Source: Fibrobacter succinogenes
Lineage (GTDB): Bacteria; Fibrobacterota; Fibrobacteria; Fibrobacterales; Fibrobacteraceae
DNA: 64,000 nucleotides
Direction: 5' to 3'
Assembly (NCBI GenBank): GCA_902762305.1
Contig: CACWNW010000031.1
Coordinates: forward strand, 19,047-83,046
The notes below the pieces were generated by a model. That model was not told the origin of the DNA. It saw only the letters and a program-made list of their open reading frames with translations, and ran no database searches. The translations under genes were made by a program, and so were the position numbers. Position 1 is the stretch's first letter; each line of letters starts with the position of its first letter. Positions 20,074-29,731 of the stretch are shown here, piece after piece.

Positions 20074-21459
20074 ATGCTCGAAGAATTGCATGAAGAATGC
20101 GGCGTTATCGGAATCTATAACGGCGATAACGTTGTTCGTAATGTCACCATGGGTCTCTACGCGCTTCAGCACCGCGGTCAGGAAAGCGCTGGCTTCGCGG
20201 TAACGGATGGCGAAAAAGTCCGCGTCCGTAAATCCATGGGTCTTGTTTCCACGCTTTTAAGAGAACACAATGTCGACGAGCTGCAGGGATTTGCAGGCAT
20301 CGGGCACGTGCGTTACAGCACCACGGGCGCAAGCACTCTTGCGAATGCGCAGCCGATTCTCGTGAGTTGCAAATGGGGGCAGCTTGCTGTCGCGCACAAC
20401 GGCAATATCACCAACGCGAACGAACTCCGCGCCGAGATGGAGGCCGACGGTCACATTTTCCAGACCACGTCCGATTCCGAAATCCTGCTCCACGAAATTG
20501 CGCGCACTCATGCAGATACTTTGGGCGATGCCATCAAGAAGGCTATTACGAAATTCACCGGGAGTTTCTGCCTGGTATTCATCAGTAAGGACACGATGTA
20601 CGTCGCCCGCGACGGGTTCGGGTTCCGCCCGCTTTCCCTGGCGCGTATGGGGAAGGCCTGGTGCGTTGCCAGCGAAACCTGCGCGTTCGACCTGCTTGGA
20701 GCGAACTATGTGCGCGATATTCAGCCGGGAGAATTCCTGACCATCACGAACAGCGGCCTGCATTCGGAACGCTTCACGCACAAGGAACGTCAGGCGCATT
20801 GCATTTTCGAATACATCTACTTCAGCCGCCCGGACTCTGTCATCTTTGAACAGAGTTGCGACAAGGTGCGCCGCAAGATGGGCAAGCAACTCGCGAAGGA
20901 ATGCCCCGTCGATGCGGACATCGTGATTTCCGTGCCCGACAGCGCGACGACCGCGGCGCTCGGCTATTCGCAGGCTAGCGGCATCCGTTTCGAGATTGGC
21001 CTGCTGCGTAACCATTACGTGGGCCGAACCTTCATCGACCCCACGCAGAACGTGCGCGAGCAGAAGGTGAAGCTCAAGTTTAACCCCATCGTGGGTGTGC
21101 TCAAGAACAAGCGCGTGTGCGTCGTCGAAGATTCCATCGTGCGCGGCACTACGCTCAAGATTCTTTCCCGCATGCTCCGTGACGCGGGTGCGCTCGAAGT
21201 GCATATCCGTATCGCATCGCCTCCGGTGGCACATCCCTGCTTCTTCGGGATGGATTTCCCGAGCCAGGGCGAACTTGCCGCAAGCTCGATGACTCCCGAT
21301 GAAATCGCCAAGATGCTGGGCGTCGAAAGCCTCGGTTATCTGAGCGTCGAAGGCATGAAGGAATGCACGGGCGATGGCGAACACTACTGCGCCGCCTGCT
21401 TCGACAACGATTATCCGGATTATATCGGAAACGACTACCACAAGACCCGTTGCGGGTAA
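20074..21459 (+). CDS. purF: Amidophosphoribosyltransferase
   Basis: MLEELHEECGVIGIY (Ntn Cys), a PRPP-binding loop (VCVVEDSIVRGTT) and C-terminal Cys ligands. Confidence 0.95.
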   Translation: MLEELHEECGVIGIYNGDNVVRNVTMGLYALQHRGQESAGFAVTDGEKVRVRKSMGLVSTLLREHNVDELQGFAGIGHVRYSTTGASTLANAQPILVSCKWGQLAVAHNGNITNANELRAEMEADGHIFQTTSDSEILLHEIARTHADTLGDAIKKAITKFTGSFCLVFISKDTMYVARDGFGFRPLSLARMGKAWCVASETCAFDLLGANYVRDIQPGEFLTITNSGLHSERFTHKERQAHCIFEYIYFSRPDSVIFEQSCDKVRRKMGKQLAKECPVDADIVISVPDSATTAALGYSQASGIRFEIGLLRNHYVGRTFIDPTQNVREQKVKLKFNPIVGVLKNKRVCVVEDSIVRGTTLKILSRMLRDAGALEVHIRIASPPVAHPCFFGMDFPSQGELAASSMTPDEIAKMLGVESLGYLSVEGMKECTGDGEHYCAACFDNDYPDYIGNDYHKTRCG

Positions 21460-21465
21460 CTTCTG

Positions 21466-21495
21466 GCCCACCCTTCGGGGTGGGTGTTTTTTTTC
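21466..21495 (+). terminator. Rho-independent terminator after purF
   Basis: GCCCACCC-TTCG-GGGTGGGT followed by a T-run. Confidence 0.6.
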
Positions 21496-21729
21496 TTTTT
21501 TATTTTCTTACAAATGAATTACGCTCGTTCTCTAACGAGCTTTTTTTCGTAGTTTATCCGAAGATTTTTGGAAAAACTAATGATTAGTCTGACTTTTTTT
21601 ACAAGTTTTGTGTTAGATTTATATTGGTAAACGAGTACTTTGTATGGAACTCGTAATACTATTTACACAATCTACTCTCGCATAATAAAGGAAACTCCGT
21701 TTAGGAGTTTCCCGAGTTAGGAGGAAACA

Positions 21730-23850
21730 ATGAAAAAAAAGATAATCACCATCACGGCGATGGCTTTAGCCAATGCATTCGCAACTTCACCCCAAATCCA
21801 AAATGCAAGCAAGGTCTATGACATTCTTGGCCGCAAGTACGATAAGGTAACTGCCCAACGAGTTATTAAGAATATCCCTGCGTCAAAGGCTCAGGTAACC
21901 GATGACTACTATCAATACAGCAGCTTCCCTACATCTAGACGCGCTGCACTCAAGGTTCGTCAGCCAGATGCAAATACATTGGCTGTAGGTCAGGATATCA
22001 ATTTCGCCATTACATCAATATTTGGTCCTTACGCTACCCCCATGCCAGCTCGTAAGGATACAAAACTTCTTGTCTTGGGTTGGGGGAAGCACATCGAATC
22101 CTATGGCTGGGACGTTTCGCATATGAACAGACGTCATTGGGATTACGAAGAAGAATACCGTTGCTGGGTTGTCGCCGCTCAGGAAATGAACCATGCTTAT
22201 ATGAGGAAAAAGCTTGGCAATGACTTTGTCGAGCACGAGCCCGACAGGATGCTCTTGACCCAGGATGAGATCAAGTACCGTATGTTCCACAACGAAGAGA
22301 ACAATCCTAACTATACTCCGGTCGACGACTTCCCCTTTGGCGGTGATGGTTCTGCCTCCAATGAAATAATAACAAAGGCCCTGAATTTTGCCTTAGGGAC
22401 AACAGGTACAAAGTTTTATGGAGACTTTGATGGGAGTCAAGACTTTGCTAATTGGAGTAGCAAAAACAACGTAAAGACCTACATCACCAGAACGATTGCG
22501 TTGAGCAAAGCTCCCGTAGTTATCGGAGAAAATCAGCATATCATGGTTGTTGACGCCTATGCATTCTCTAACAGTGGAGAAATGTGGATTCGTTTGCTGA
22601 ACCCCAATAACGATGGTTCGTTCCAGTGGAGAACTTTTAAATCCGTCAATATTTGCGGAATCGCAGTTGTCCCTCAAAATCAGGTCAATCCCCCCTATTC
22701 TGACCCGCTAATCTTTCAAGATGCCGATACTGATGGCTTGATGGATTTCGATGAAAAATACAGATTCCATACAAAATACGCTAGTATCAAGGATAGGGAC
22801 TCTGATAGAGACGGCGTTTGGGATAAGGACGAAATTCGTGCTTATACATTACGTGCCCTACCCAAATATGTAGATGGTGGCGTAAGTAGCGATCCAAGCG
22901 AAAACCCCTACAATATGTGGAATAACGTTTACATTACTAGTGCTGGAAAGAATTTCTGGGCAGATGCAAACCATAACGGGACAAATGCAGAAAATGATCC
23001 GAATGAAAATGGAAGTAACAATTACAACCCTCGTCCTGTTTATGCGACAGACGATGTTCCTAGGGGCTTTGATATTTATGCTCGCGAAAAAATCAATGTC
23101 GGTAGTAACGTGTCGTTAGGTTATGTTTCCATGGCTGCTGAAAAAGCTTCGTCTGGAACGACTGTCACGGTATCTGCAAATTCCAGCAGCAGTGTAAAAC
23201 TTTACACTCAAGGTAGTGTTGTTTTTAACGGAGGCGCACAAATCAAGATTCTGGAAAAATTCTCCGACAATAACAGCGTTAACGTCAGCTTGAGTAATGG
23301 AAGCCGGATTGAGTTATTCCAAGATAACAATGCTCGAAAGAATTGGGCTTGGCAGGTCAAAACAGATCTATCATCCATTTCTTGCGGGATAAATGAAACT
23401 GTGGTTAAGTCGGGAAAGACCTTTACACTGAAAAACGGGGCTAAATATTCGTCTCTCAGAGTTATGGATGGTGCAACGCTCGTCCTCGAACCTGGCGAAG
23501 TATATATCAAAAACCTTGTTCTTAATGAAGGAGCAAAAGTTGAGTATAGCGGCAAACTTACTATAATTCACATCAAGGGAGATGTAACATGGAAAGCCAA
23601 AAACATCAATTCCTCTGTTGATTCTCGTAAATCCCATGCGGCCGACCTCAAACTGATTCATCATGGAACGGCTCCCCTAAATATTACATCTGGATGGTAT
23701 GGTATAATCTACGCCCCTAACGCCGATTTGAATTTGGGATCCAACGGAGGTGACATTTATGGAAGATTTGTTGGAAAGAACATTAATATAGCTTCGGGAT
23801 CAAAAACGGCATTCATCGGTATCGACGTCAGAAGCAAAATAGTCAAATAG
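21730..23850 (+). CDS. Secreted protein with Ca-binding (thrombospondin type-3-like) Asp repeats; function unknown
   Basis: Signal peptide MKKKIITITAMALANAFA. Central DxDxDG-type repeats (DADTDGLMDFDE, DRDSDRDGVWDKDE, ADANHNGTNAENDPNENG). C-terminal beta-helix-like repeats. Lower GC than its neighbours. Confidence 0.65.
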   Translation: MKKKIITITAMALANAFATSPQIQNASKVYDILGRKYDKVTAQRVIKNIPASKAQVTDDYYQYSSFPTSRRAALKVRQPDANTLAVGQDINFAITSIFGPYATPMPARKDTKLLVLGWGKHIESYGWDVSHMNRRHWDYEEEYRCWVVAAQEMNHAYMRKKLGNDFVEHEPDRMLLTQDEIKYRMFHNEENNPNYTPVDDFPFGGDGSASNEIITKALNFALGTTGTKFYGDFDGSQDFANWSSKNNVKTYITRTIALSKAPVVIGENQHIMVVDAYAFSNSGEMWIRLLNPNNDGSFQWRTFKSVNICGIAVVPQNQVNPPYSDPLIFQDADTDGLMDFDEKYRFHTKYASIKDRDSDRDGVWDKDEIRAYTLRALPKYVDGGVSSDPSENPYNMWNNVYITSAGKNFWADANHNGTNAENDPNENGSNNYNPRPVYATDDVPRGFDIYAREKINVGSNVSLGYVSMAAEKASSGTTVTVSANSSSSVKLYTQGSVVFNGGAQIKILEKFSDNNSVNVSLSNGSRIELFQDNNARKNWAWQVKTDLSSISCGINETVVKSGKTFTLKNGAKYSSLRVMDGATLVLEPGEVYIKNLVLNEGAKVEYSGKLTIIHIKGDVTWKAKNINSSVDSRKSHAADLKLIHHGTAPLNITSGWYGIIYAPNADLNLGSNGGDIYGRFVGKNINIASGSKTAFIGIDVRSKIVK

Positions 23851-23856
23851 AAAAAA

Positions 23857-23881
23857 GGCAGCCCATTGGGCTGCTTTTTTT
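23857..23881. terminator. Bidirectional terminator between convergent genes
   Basis: GGCAGCCC-ATT-GGGCTGC flanked by an A-run and a T-run. Confidence 0.6.
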
Positions 23882-26561
23882 ATGAACCAGAGGGTTCTTT
23901 TTTTCTATCCTTCCACACGCTTTCGTTGAATAGCTGGCCTTCGCTCAGGCCGTATTTTTCTTCGACTCCGGCAAGGCGGATGGCTTCTTCGATGGAAATC
24001 TTCCCGCGGATGGCCTGCGTGTAGACAAGCGCCTTCTTGCGCACTGTCTCGGGCGGCTCCTGGAGCATTTCGAGCCTGAAATGCGAAACGCCGGATTTGC
24101 GCAACTCGGGGAAGAGCTTGAGGGCGGATTGCGGCTTGCCCACGAAAAGCGTGTTGCGGCATTCCGCGTCGCTCTGCAAGAAATGACTTTCGCCCTTGTG
24201 GTCCAGGATCTCGACCTTGTGCTGGGTGCATATCTTGCCGCATTCCGGGAACCGCCTCCCTGTGGTGAGGGCGCGCGCGAAGGCGCAGTATTCGGAATGG
24301 AATGCGGGCATGTATTGGTGCAGCGTGATTTCAAGACGGCTTGCGTCTATATTCTTCAGCAGGTCGAAAAGTTGGGTGCTGTTCAGGTCCCACGAGGGGT
24401 GTAACGTCGAAACTCCCTGCGTCAAAAGCCAGTCGAAGGTGGCGCTGTTCGAGGCGTTCAGGCTGTAATCCCCTTCGAGCGGGATTCCGCTTTCGCGCAA
24501 TATGGCGAGGGCGCCGAGACTGCGTACGAGGGCGAAATCGGGGGCAAGTTCCAGGATTTTTTTCAGGTAGTGGTTTTCGCCGGGCTTGTGGATGCGCAGC
24601 GTCGCCATCGCAGCGTTGAAACCGAGGTCGCGTATGCGCTGGAGCGGGGCTTCGTATTTTACGCCCCAGTCGAAATCCATGACGACATTGTCTATGTCGA
24701 GCCCGCGAAGTGCCTCGATTTGCTCGGGATTGCGGACAAGGACCGAGATAACGGGGCGCGCGCCGTTCTTGATCTGAGGCGGAATCTCCTTGCCATTTTC
24801 GCTCGCAACTTTCGTGCCAAATTTTACGGAGTCGAGGAATGCGCGGCCCGCCGTTGCACTCGGGTTCAGTACCTTCCATTCGCAGCGTTTCGTGTCGAGC
24901 AGTTCTATCGCCTTCTGGCGGAGCGTGCGCAGGAGTTTCCCGGGGATGAATGCTCCGCGCTCCACTTCGACTTCGAGATTCCTGAGGCTGTAGGCGGTTG
25001 CGCTCAGGCCCGAAAGTTCCTTCTGTGCGAGGTCGCGCAGTTTATCATCTGCGGCGCAGCTCTTACCGGCGTCCTTGCGATTGTCCGCGGCTCCATTCTT
25101 GCCCGCATCGGAACCATTCCTTGCGGCTTCCAGCACCGTGTCGCTTTCGACTTCGACGCGGTTACGCGGTACGTCATATACAGCGAGCTTGAGCAGGCCG
25201 CCGATGCTCCCCGAAAGTTCCATGTTCACGGGGATTCGCTTCGCCTGCTCGCGGTCGGTAAACGAACGGCGCAGTTCCTTTTCCAATGCAGGCGAGTCGT
25301 TGCGGTAAACCTTCATGCCGACGGCAATCTGGCGCGTGTCGAAGTCGCGCCCGAATTCGAGCCGCAGGTACTTCGGGTCGCCGCGCTTGGTGTGGGGGAG
25401 GTGCGCCTCCTGCGATGCATACAGGCGGCTTCCGATACTTACCCCGAGGGCTGCGTTCTCGAACAGGATTCCGTCACCCGGCCGCGGCCCCATGCCCGCG
25501 GCAACATCGTCGGCGCATCCCTTGTCCTGTTTTGTCATCCCCGCGAAGGCGGGGATCTCCAAGCCTTCATCTAATCCCACTACGACGCATCCGCGTTCCA
25601 CTTTCGCGACGGTTCCGAGGTATAGCCCGTGATGGTTGCTGAACGTACCGTCCACAAGTTCCTGGTGGTTGTCGCCGTCGAGCCATCCTGTGTTGAGCCC
25701 GCGGCTGAACAGGACCTCGAGCGGTTCCATGTCCTTGCCGTCGAGCATGATGTTGTTCAATGCCCTGCGGTAGGCCTTTGCGACTGCTGCCACGTATTCC
25801 GGACTCTTGAGACGGCCTTCCACCTTCAGCGAGTTTACGCCGATTTCTTCGAGCTCATTGAGCCTCGGGAGGGCGCACAGGTCGCGCGTGCTGAACAGGT
25901 ACTGCGCCGTTGTATCGCGGTATTCCTTGCCGTCGACGAATATGCGGTAGGGGAGCCTGCAGCTCTGGGCGCATTGCCCGCGGTTCGCGCTGCGGCCGCC
26001 GAAATTCTCGCTGGTGAGGCATTGCCCCGAATAGCTCACGCAGAGCGCCCCGTGGATGAATACCTCGAGCTCGAGCGGGGTCGCTTCCTTGATGCGTGCG
26101 ATTTCCTTGAGCGAAAGCTCGCGGGCGAGTACGGCTCGGTTGAACCCGATTCCTGCGACCAGGTTGACGGCCTCCGCGCTAGCAAGCGTCATCTGCGTGC
26201 TCGCATGAATTTCCTGCGTGGGGGCGATGGCGCGAATCAGGCGTGCAAGCCCGATATCCTGGATGATGAATGCATCCGGTTCCAGCGCAATGATTTTTTC
26301 CAGAAATTCGGGAAGTTCCTGCAGTTCGCGCTCGAATACGAGGACGTTCATCGCGAGGAACGTGCGCACTCCGCGGAGCCTCGCGTAGCGGATCATGTCG
26401 TAGACATCGTCGAACGAGAAGTCTTCCGTTCGGCCGCGCGCGTTCCAGTGCGGAACCCCGAAATAAACGGCATCGGCGCCGTTTGCGACGGCGGCCTCGA
26501 GCATCTCTCGCGTGCCCACGGGCAGGAGAAGTTCCGGAGTTGGCCTCGTACTCGAATTCAT
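23880..26561 (-). CDS. Peptidase U32 family protein (two-module, PrtC/YhbU-YhbV-like)
   Basis: N-terminus ELLLPVGTREMLEAAVANGADAVYFGVPHWNARGR and EVFIHGALCVSYSGQC are typical U32 motifs. A second U32-like module sits in the C-terminal half. 893 aa. Confidence 0.85.
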   Translation of the reverse strand: MNSSTRPTPELLLPVGTREMLEAAVANGADAVYFGVPHWNARGRTEDFSFDDVYDMIRYARLRGVRTFLAMNVLVFERELQELPEFLEKIIALEPDAFIIQDIGLARLIRAIAPTQEIHASTQMTLASAEAVNLVAGIGFNRAVLARELSLKEIARIKEATPLELEVFIHGALCVSYSGQCLTSENFGGRSANRGQCAQSCRLPYRIFVDGKEYRDTTAQYLFSTRDLCALPRLNELEEIGVNSLKVEGRLKSPEYVAAVAKAYRRALNNIMLDGKDMEPLEVLFSRGLNTGWLDGDNHQELVDGTFSNHHGLYLGTVAKVERGCVVVGLDEGLEIPAFAGMTKQDKGCADDVAAGMGPRPGDGILFENAALGVSIGSRLYASQEAHLPHTKRGDPKYLRLEFGRDFDTRQIAVGMKVYRNDSPALEKELRRSFTDREQAKRIPVNMELSGSIGGLLKLAVYDVPRNRVEVESDTVLEAARNGSDAGKNGAADNRKDAGKSCAADDKLRDLAQKELSGLSATAYSLRNLEVEVERGAFIPGKLLRTLRQKAIELLDTKRCEWKVLNPSATAGRAFLDSVKFGTKVASENGKEIPPQIKNGARPVISVLVRNPEQIEALRGLDIDNVVMDFDWGVKYEAPLQRIRDLGFNAAMATLRIHKPGENHYLKKILELAPDFALVRSLGALAILRESGIPLEGDYSLNASNSATFDWLLTQGVSTLHPSWDLNSTQLFDLLKNIDASRLEITLHQYMPAFHSEYCAFARALTTGRRFPECGKICTQHKVEILDHKGESHFLQSDAECRNTLFVGKPQSALKLFPELRKSGVSHFRLEMLQEPPETVRKKALVYTQAIRGKISIEEAIRLAGVEEKYGLSEGQLFNESVWKDRKKEPSGS
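25534..25559. repeat. GC-rich hairpin repeat embedded in-frame in the U32 gene
   Basis: GTCATCCCCGCGAAGGCGGGGATCTC has an 8-bp perfect stem and a GAAG loop. It translates on the minus strand as ...EIPAFAGMTKQ... in the linker between the two U32 modules. Confidence 0.7.
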
Positions 26562-26594
26562 ATAGCCAAAGATAATTTATTCTCTGGTCGGGAC

Positions 26595-27416
26595 TTACTG
26601 GTTCTCCGGTACTTGTCGCGGCATCTTCATGTTCAGGGGACGGTAGAGTTCTTCGTAAAATCCCTGGAGTTCCTTTTCCTCGAAATCGTACAGGCGGTAA
26701 GTCCCTATGATGCTTCTCGCCGTGTCGAGGTTGCCGAGATTCCTCCCTAGCTGGATATGCTTGAATCCGGCTATTTTGATTGCGTGCATAAGGGGGAGCA
26801 GTTCGTAAAGGTGTTCCCTGTTAAGGCCGTCTTCCAGTATCAGGACAATCCAGTCGATATCGGGATAATCGATGAACCGCCTGTGCGCTGTGACTAGGTC
26901 CTTGGCGATTACGTTGAATGCCGAAAGAGGCTTTATGCTTGCATCCGGGTAATCCTTGTCGCGGATGGCCTTGAGCGAATCGGATGGTTCTCCGCCGGCG
27001 TTCCCTTCTCCGGGGAGCGCGATGAAGGCTCCGCTGGAATCGGTGAGATAAGTCCTGCTGGAATCGTAGTAAAGGGCCCAGATTATCTTGCCCGGGTCTT
27101 CTTCGGATTCCTTGTGGATGGCGGCGTATTGCACGTCAGGCTTTCTCTTGCGAAAATCAGCAGATGACGGCCTGATGTGTTCCGTCAGGGTGGTGTAGTA
27201 GGTGTTCGGCAAGAACCCGCCCCGTGCACCGATTACGAGGAAGGTGTCTGCTTTCAGGGCGACCGCCATATGCAATGGCCTGTGTTGGCTGCTGTCAAAC
27301 GTAGCGGGAATGTCCTCGAACATGGTGCCGTCGGGCGAGGCTTTTGCCTGGTCCTTCGGTGACGAGCACGCTCCCGCAAGAATGCATATGATAGCGAATA
27401 AGATTGCCTTCTTCAT
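26595..27416 (-). CDS. Lipoprotein, function unknown
   Basis: Lipobox ILAGAC after MKKAILFAIIC. 273 aa. Confidence 0.65.
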   Translation of the reverse strand: MKKAILFAIICILAGACSSPKDQAKASPDGTMFEDIPATFDSSQHRPLHMAVALKADTFLVIGARGGFLPNTYYTTLTEHIRPSSADFRKRKPDVQYAAIHKESEEDPGKIIWALYYDSSRTYLTDSSGAFIALPGEGNAGGEPSDSLKAIRDKDYPDASIKPLSAFNVIAKDLVTAHRRFIDYPDIDWIVLILEDGLNREHLYELLPLMHAIKIAGFKHIQLGRNLGNLDTARSIIGTYRLYDFEEKELQGFYEELYRPLNMKMPRQVPENQ

Positions 27417-27442
27417 TTACTCCCCCCAGAGTTTTTTTATGC

Positions 27443-27880
27443 CTATATCAGGTCTTCGAGCTTGTATCCGAACTTTACTACGGCTCCGGATTCGCGCACC
27501 ATGAGGACCTTGCGGTGGGCGAGGCCTTCGAGTATGGCCTTGTCCAGCCTTTCCTGGATATCTTCGGGGCTGCCTTCGAACGAAATCTCGTCGATTCCAT
27601 CGGGGAATGCTCCGCTTGCCCAGTCGCGGGCCGCCTTGTCGCCAGCCTGCTTGATGACGGCCACCACGGTGTAGTCGGGGTCCATCTCGTAAAGGGCTTC
27701 GTGGATGAAAATGTCGTCGTCGGGGGTGTTCGCCTTGCTTGTGAATATGCCCGACGCTCCGGAATTTCCTGAATCGGGATTCCTTACGGAAACGGAACCT
27801 TTGTAATCCAGGTTCGTGAACCACGTCCAAACATTATCAATCATAACACCTTTTCCAAATTTTGAGTTTTCCTCTATCAT
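27443..27880 (-). CDS. Hypothetical protein
   Basis: Start trimmed to ATG 27880 (MIEENSKFG...), because the longer ORF overlaps the divergent gene at 27902. It lies 26 nt upstream of the lipoprotein gene, so the two are probably co-transcribed. Confidence 0.5.
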   Translation of the reverse strand: MIEENSKFGKGVMIDNVWTWFTNLDYKGSVSVRNPDSGNSGASGIFTSKANTPDDDIFIHEALYEMDPDYTVVAVIKQAGDKAARDWASGAFPDGIDEISFEGSPEDIQERLDKAILEGLAHRKVLMVRESGAVVKFGYKLEDLI

Positions 27881-27901
27881 ATTTATAATTAAATTTTGAA
27901 T

Positions 27902-28114
27902 ATGACAAGAGCTATTGGAATTTTGTTGTTTGTTATCTCGTTTTGTGCGTTTTCTGGCTGTACGGACCCCGAAAAGGCGGCCGAAATCAAGGTGTTGACT
28001 GCGAAAAAGGATTCCCTGGAACTGAATATCGGTATCCTGCGCGAGAAGGCGGATTCGCTCGCCCGCGAGAACGAGAAATTGCACAAGCGTCTTTCCGAAT
28101 TGGACATGGACTAG
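27902..28114 (+). CDS. Small lipoprotein with coiled-coil segment
   Basis: MTRAIGILLFVISFCAFSGC lipobox followed by heptad-like KKDSLELNIGILREKADSLARENEKLHKRLSELD. Confidence 0.5.
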   Translation: MTRAIGILLFVISFCAFSGCTDPEKAAEIKVLTAKKDSLELNIGILREKADSLARENEKLHKRLSELDMD

Positions 28115-28128
28115 TCAAGAGGTTTCGT

Positions 28129-29052
28129 ATGAAGGTTCTGGTGACGGGTGTTGGCGGCCAGCTGGGCCACGACGTGATGAACGAACTTGCCAAACGTGGC
28201 TACGAGGGCGTCGGCAGCGATATCGCTCCGGCCTATGCAGGATTTGCGGACGGAAGCGCCGTGACTACCATGCCTTACGTGCAGATGGATATCACCGATT
28301 CTGTCGCGGTCAAGTCGGTTTTCAATAGAGTCAAACCCGACGTGGTGGTCCATTGTGCCGCATGGACTGCGGTTGACCTCGCCGAAGACGAGGACAAACA
28401 GCCCAAGGTACGCGCCATAAATGCGAAGGGCACGGAGAACATCGCGCTCTGCTGCAAGGCTCTCGATGCGAAGATGGTCTACATCAGCACCGACTACGTT
28501 TTCGACGGCCAGGGCGAAAAACCGTGGGAACCCGACTGCAAGGATTACAAGCCCCTGAACGTTTACGGACAGACTAAGCTCGAGGGCGAACTTGCGGTAA
28601 GCGGGACTCTTGAAAAGTTCTTTATCGTGCGCATCGCGTGGGTGTTCGGCCTGAACGGCAAGAATTTTGTCAAGACGATGCTGAACGTGGGCCGCTCGCA
28701 CGATACCGTGAGGGTCGTGAACGACCAGATGGGGACGCCGACCTACACGCTCGACTTGAGCCGCCTGCTCGTGGACATGATTGAGACGGACAAGTACGGC
28801 TACTACCACGCGACAAACGAGGGCGGGTTTATCAGCTGGTATACTTTTACCAAGGAAATTTACAGGCTGGTGAGGCTTAGGACGAACGTATTGCCCGTAA
28901 CCACCGCGGAATACGGGTTGAGCAAGGCGGCACGCCCCTTCAACAGCCGCCTGGACAAGTCCAAGCTGGTCAAAAACGGGTTCAAGCCCCTGCCCACATG
29001 GCAGGATGCTCTTTCCCGCTACCTCAAAGAAATCGGGGAAACCGTCGTCTAG
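28129..29052 (+). CDS. rfbD: dTDP-4-dehydrorhamnose reductase
   Basis: MKVLVTGVGGQLG Rossmann motif, ISTDYVFDG, and YGQTKLEGE (YxxxK). About 307 aa. Confidence 0.85.
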   Translation: MKVLVTGVGGQLGHDVMNELAKRGYEGVGSDIAPAYAGFADGSAVTTMPYVQMDITDSVAVKSVFNRVKPDVVVHCAAWTAVDLAEDEDKQPKVRAINAKGTENIALCCKALDAKMVYISTDYVFDGQGEKPWEPDCKDYKPLNVYGQTKLEGELAVSGTLEKFFIVRIAWVFGLNGKNFVKTMLNVGRSHDTVRVVNDQMGTPTYTLDLSRLLVDMIETDKYGYYHATNEGGFISWYTFTKEIYRLVRLRTNVLPVTTAEYGLSKAARPFNSRLDKSKLVKNGFKPLPTWQDALSRYLKEIGETVV

Positions 29053-29552
29053 CCTTCGATCCAGTTCATTCTTCCGGTGAACTGGACTTCTTCGGGTATG
29101 GCCTGGAATGTGCAGCTGATTTCGACAGCGGCGTTCTTCGGGAGTGCGCTCACGCCCACGGCGGTGCGGGCGTGCTTGCCGTTGTCGCCGAGAATCTGGA
29201 CCGCGAGTTCGCTCGCTCCGTTCAGTACGGCCGGCTGCTCATGGAAATTGGCAGCGGACTGCACGAACCCCTGCATCTGCACGAGCTTGAGCGATTCCCC
29301 TTGCTGGAGCTGCGTCATGGCGGCGGCGATGTTGTTCAAGAGGCAGATGCGCGCGGCTTCTGTGGCCTTCTCGGCCGGAAGTTCATTGGGGACGATTCCC
29401 GTGTAGGCCGAAAAATCGCCCTTGACGCTCGGGAGCTGGCCCGATACGACGATGGTGTCACCGAAGCGGACGGCCGGAACATAGGCCGCAAGCGGTGCTG
29501 GGCATTGCGGGAGCGTGAGTCCCAGTTCAGAAACCTTCTTGACAATATCCAT
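29049..29552 (-). CDS. RidA/YjgF-family protein
   Basis: Start at ATG 29552 (MDIVKKVSELGLTLPQ...). The pattern AYVPAVRFGDTIVVSGQLP...RTAVGVSALPKNAAVEI is typical of the family. Confidence 0.8.
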   Translation of the reverse strand: MDIVKKVSELGLTLPQCPAPLAAYVPAVRFGDTIVVSGQLPSVKGDFSAYTGIVPNELPAEKATEAARICLLNNIAAAMTQLQQGESLKLVQMQGFVQSAANFHEQPAVLNGASELAVQILGDNGKHARTAVGVSALPKNAAVEISCTFQAIPEEVQFTGRMNWIEG

Positions 29553-29622
29553 AGTTTGTCCTTCCTTTTTTCCCTCGCGTGGGATTGTTGTCCCTGCCTC
29601 CAGGCGGGGACTTGGTTTAAAC

Positions 29623-29730
29623 TTACTTCTTCTTGAGCACCCTTGTGAAGCAGAATGCGCAAAGGGCCGTAATCGCCGTCCACGACGCAATCATAAAAAT
29701 GAGCCCGCCGGTAGTGAATTCAGCGTCCAT
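29623..29730 (-). CDS. 35-aa membrane micro-protein, MetS-like small subunit of the adjacent NSS transporter
   Basis: Not in the ORF track (under 60 aa). My translation is MDAEFTTGGLIFMIASWTAITALCAFCFTRVLKKK, one TM helix plus a basic tail. Its ATG starts 1 nt after the transporter stop (TAG-C-ATG). Confidence 0.5.
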   Translation of the reverse strand: MDAEFTTGGLIFMIASWTAITALCAFCFTRVLKKK

Positions 29731-29731
29731 G

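Noticed and set aside
20257-21471. 404-aa minus-strand ORF opposite purF
   Set aside because: Shadow ORF of a GC-rich gene.
24570-26750. Plus-strand ORFs 24570-25574 and 25629-26750 opposite the U32 peptidase gene
   Set aside because: Shadow ORFs. The minus strand shows U32 motifs along its full length.
27943-28128. N-terminal extension of the rfbD ORF (369-aa version)
   Set aside because: The extension overlaps the small lipoprotein gene in another frame. The Rossmann motif begins right after ATG 28129.
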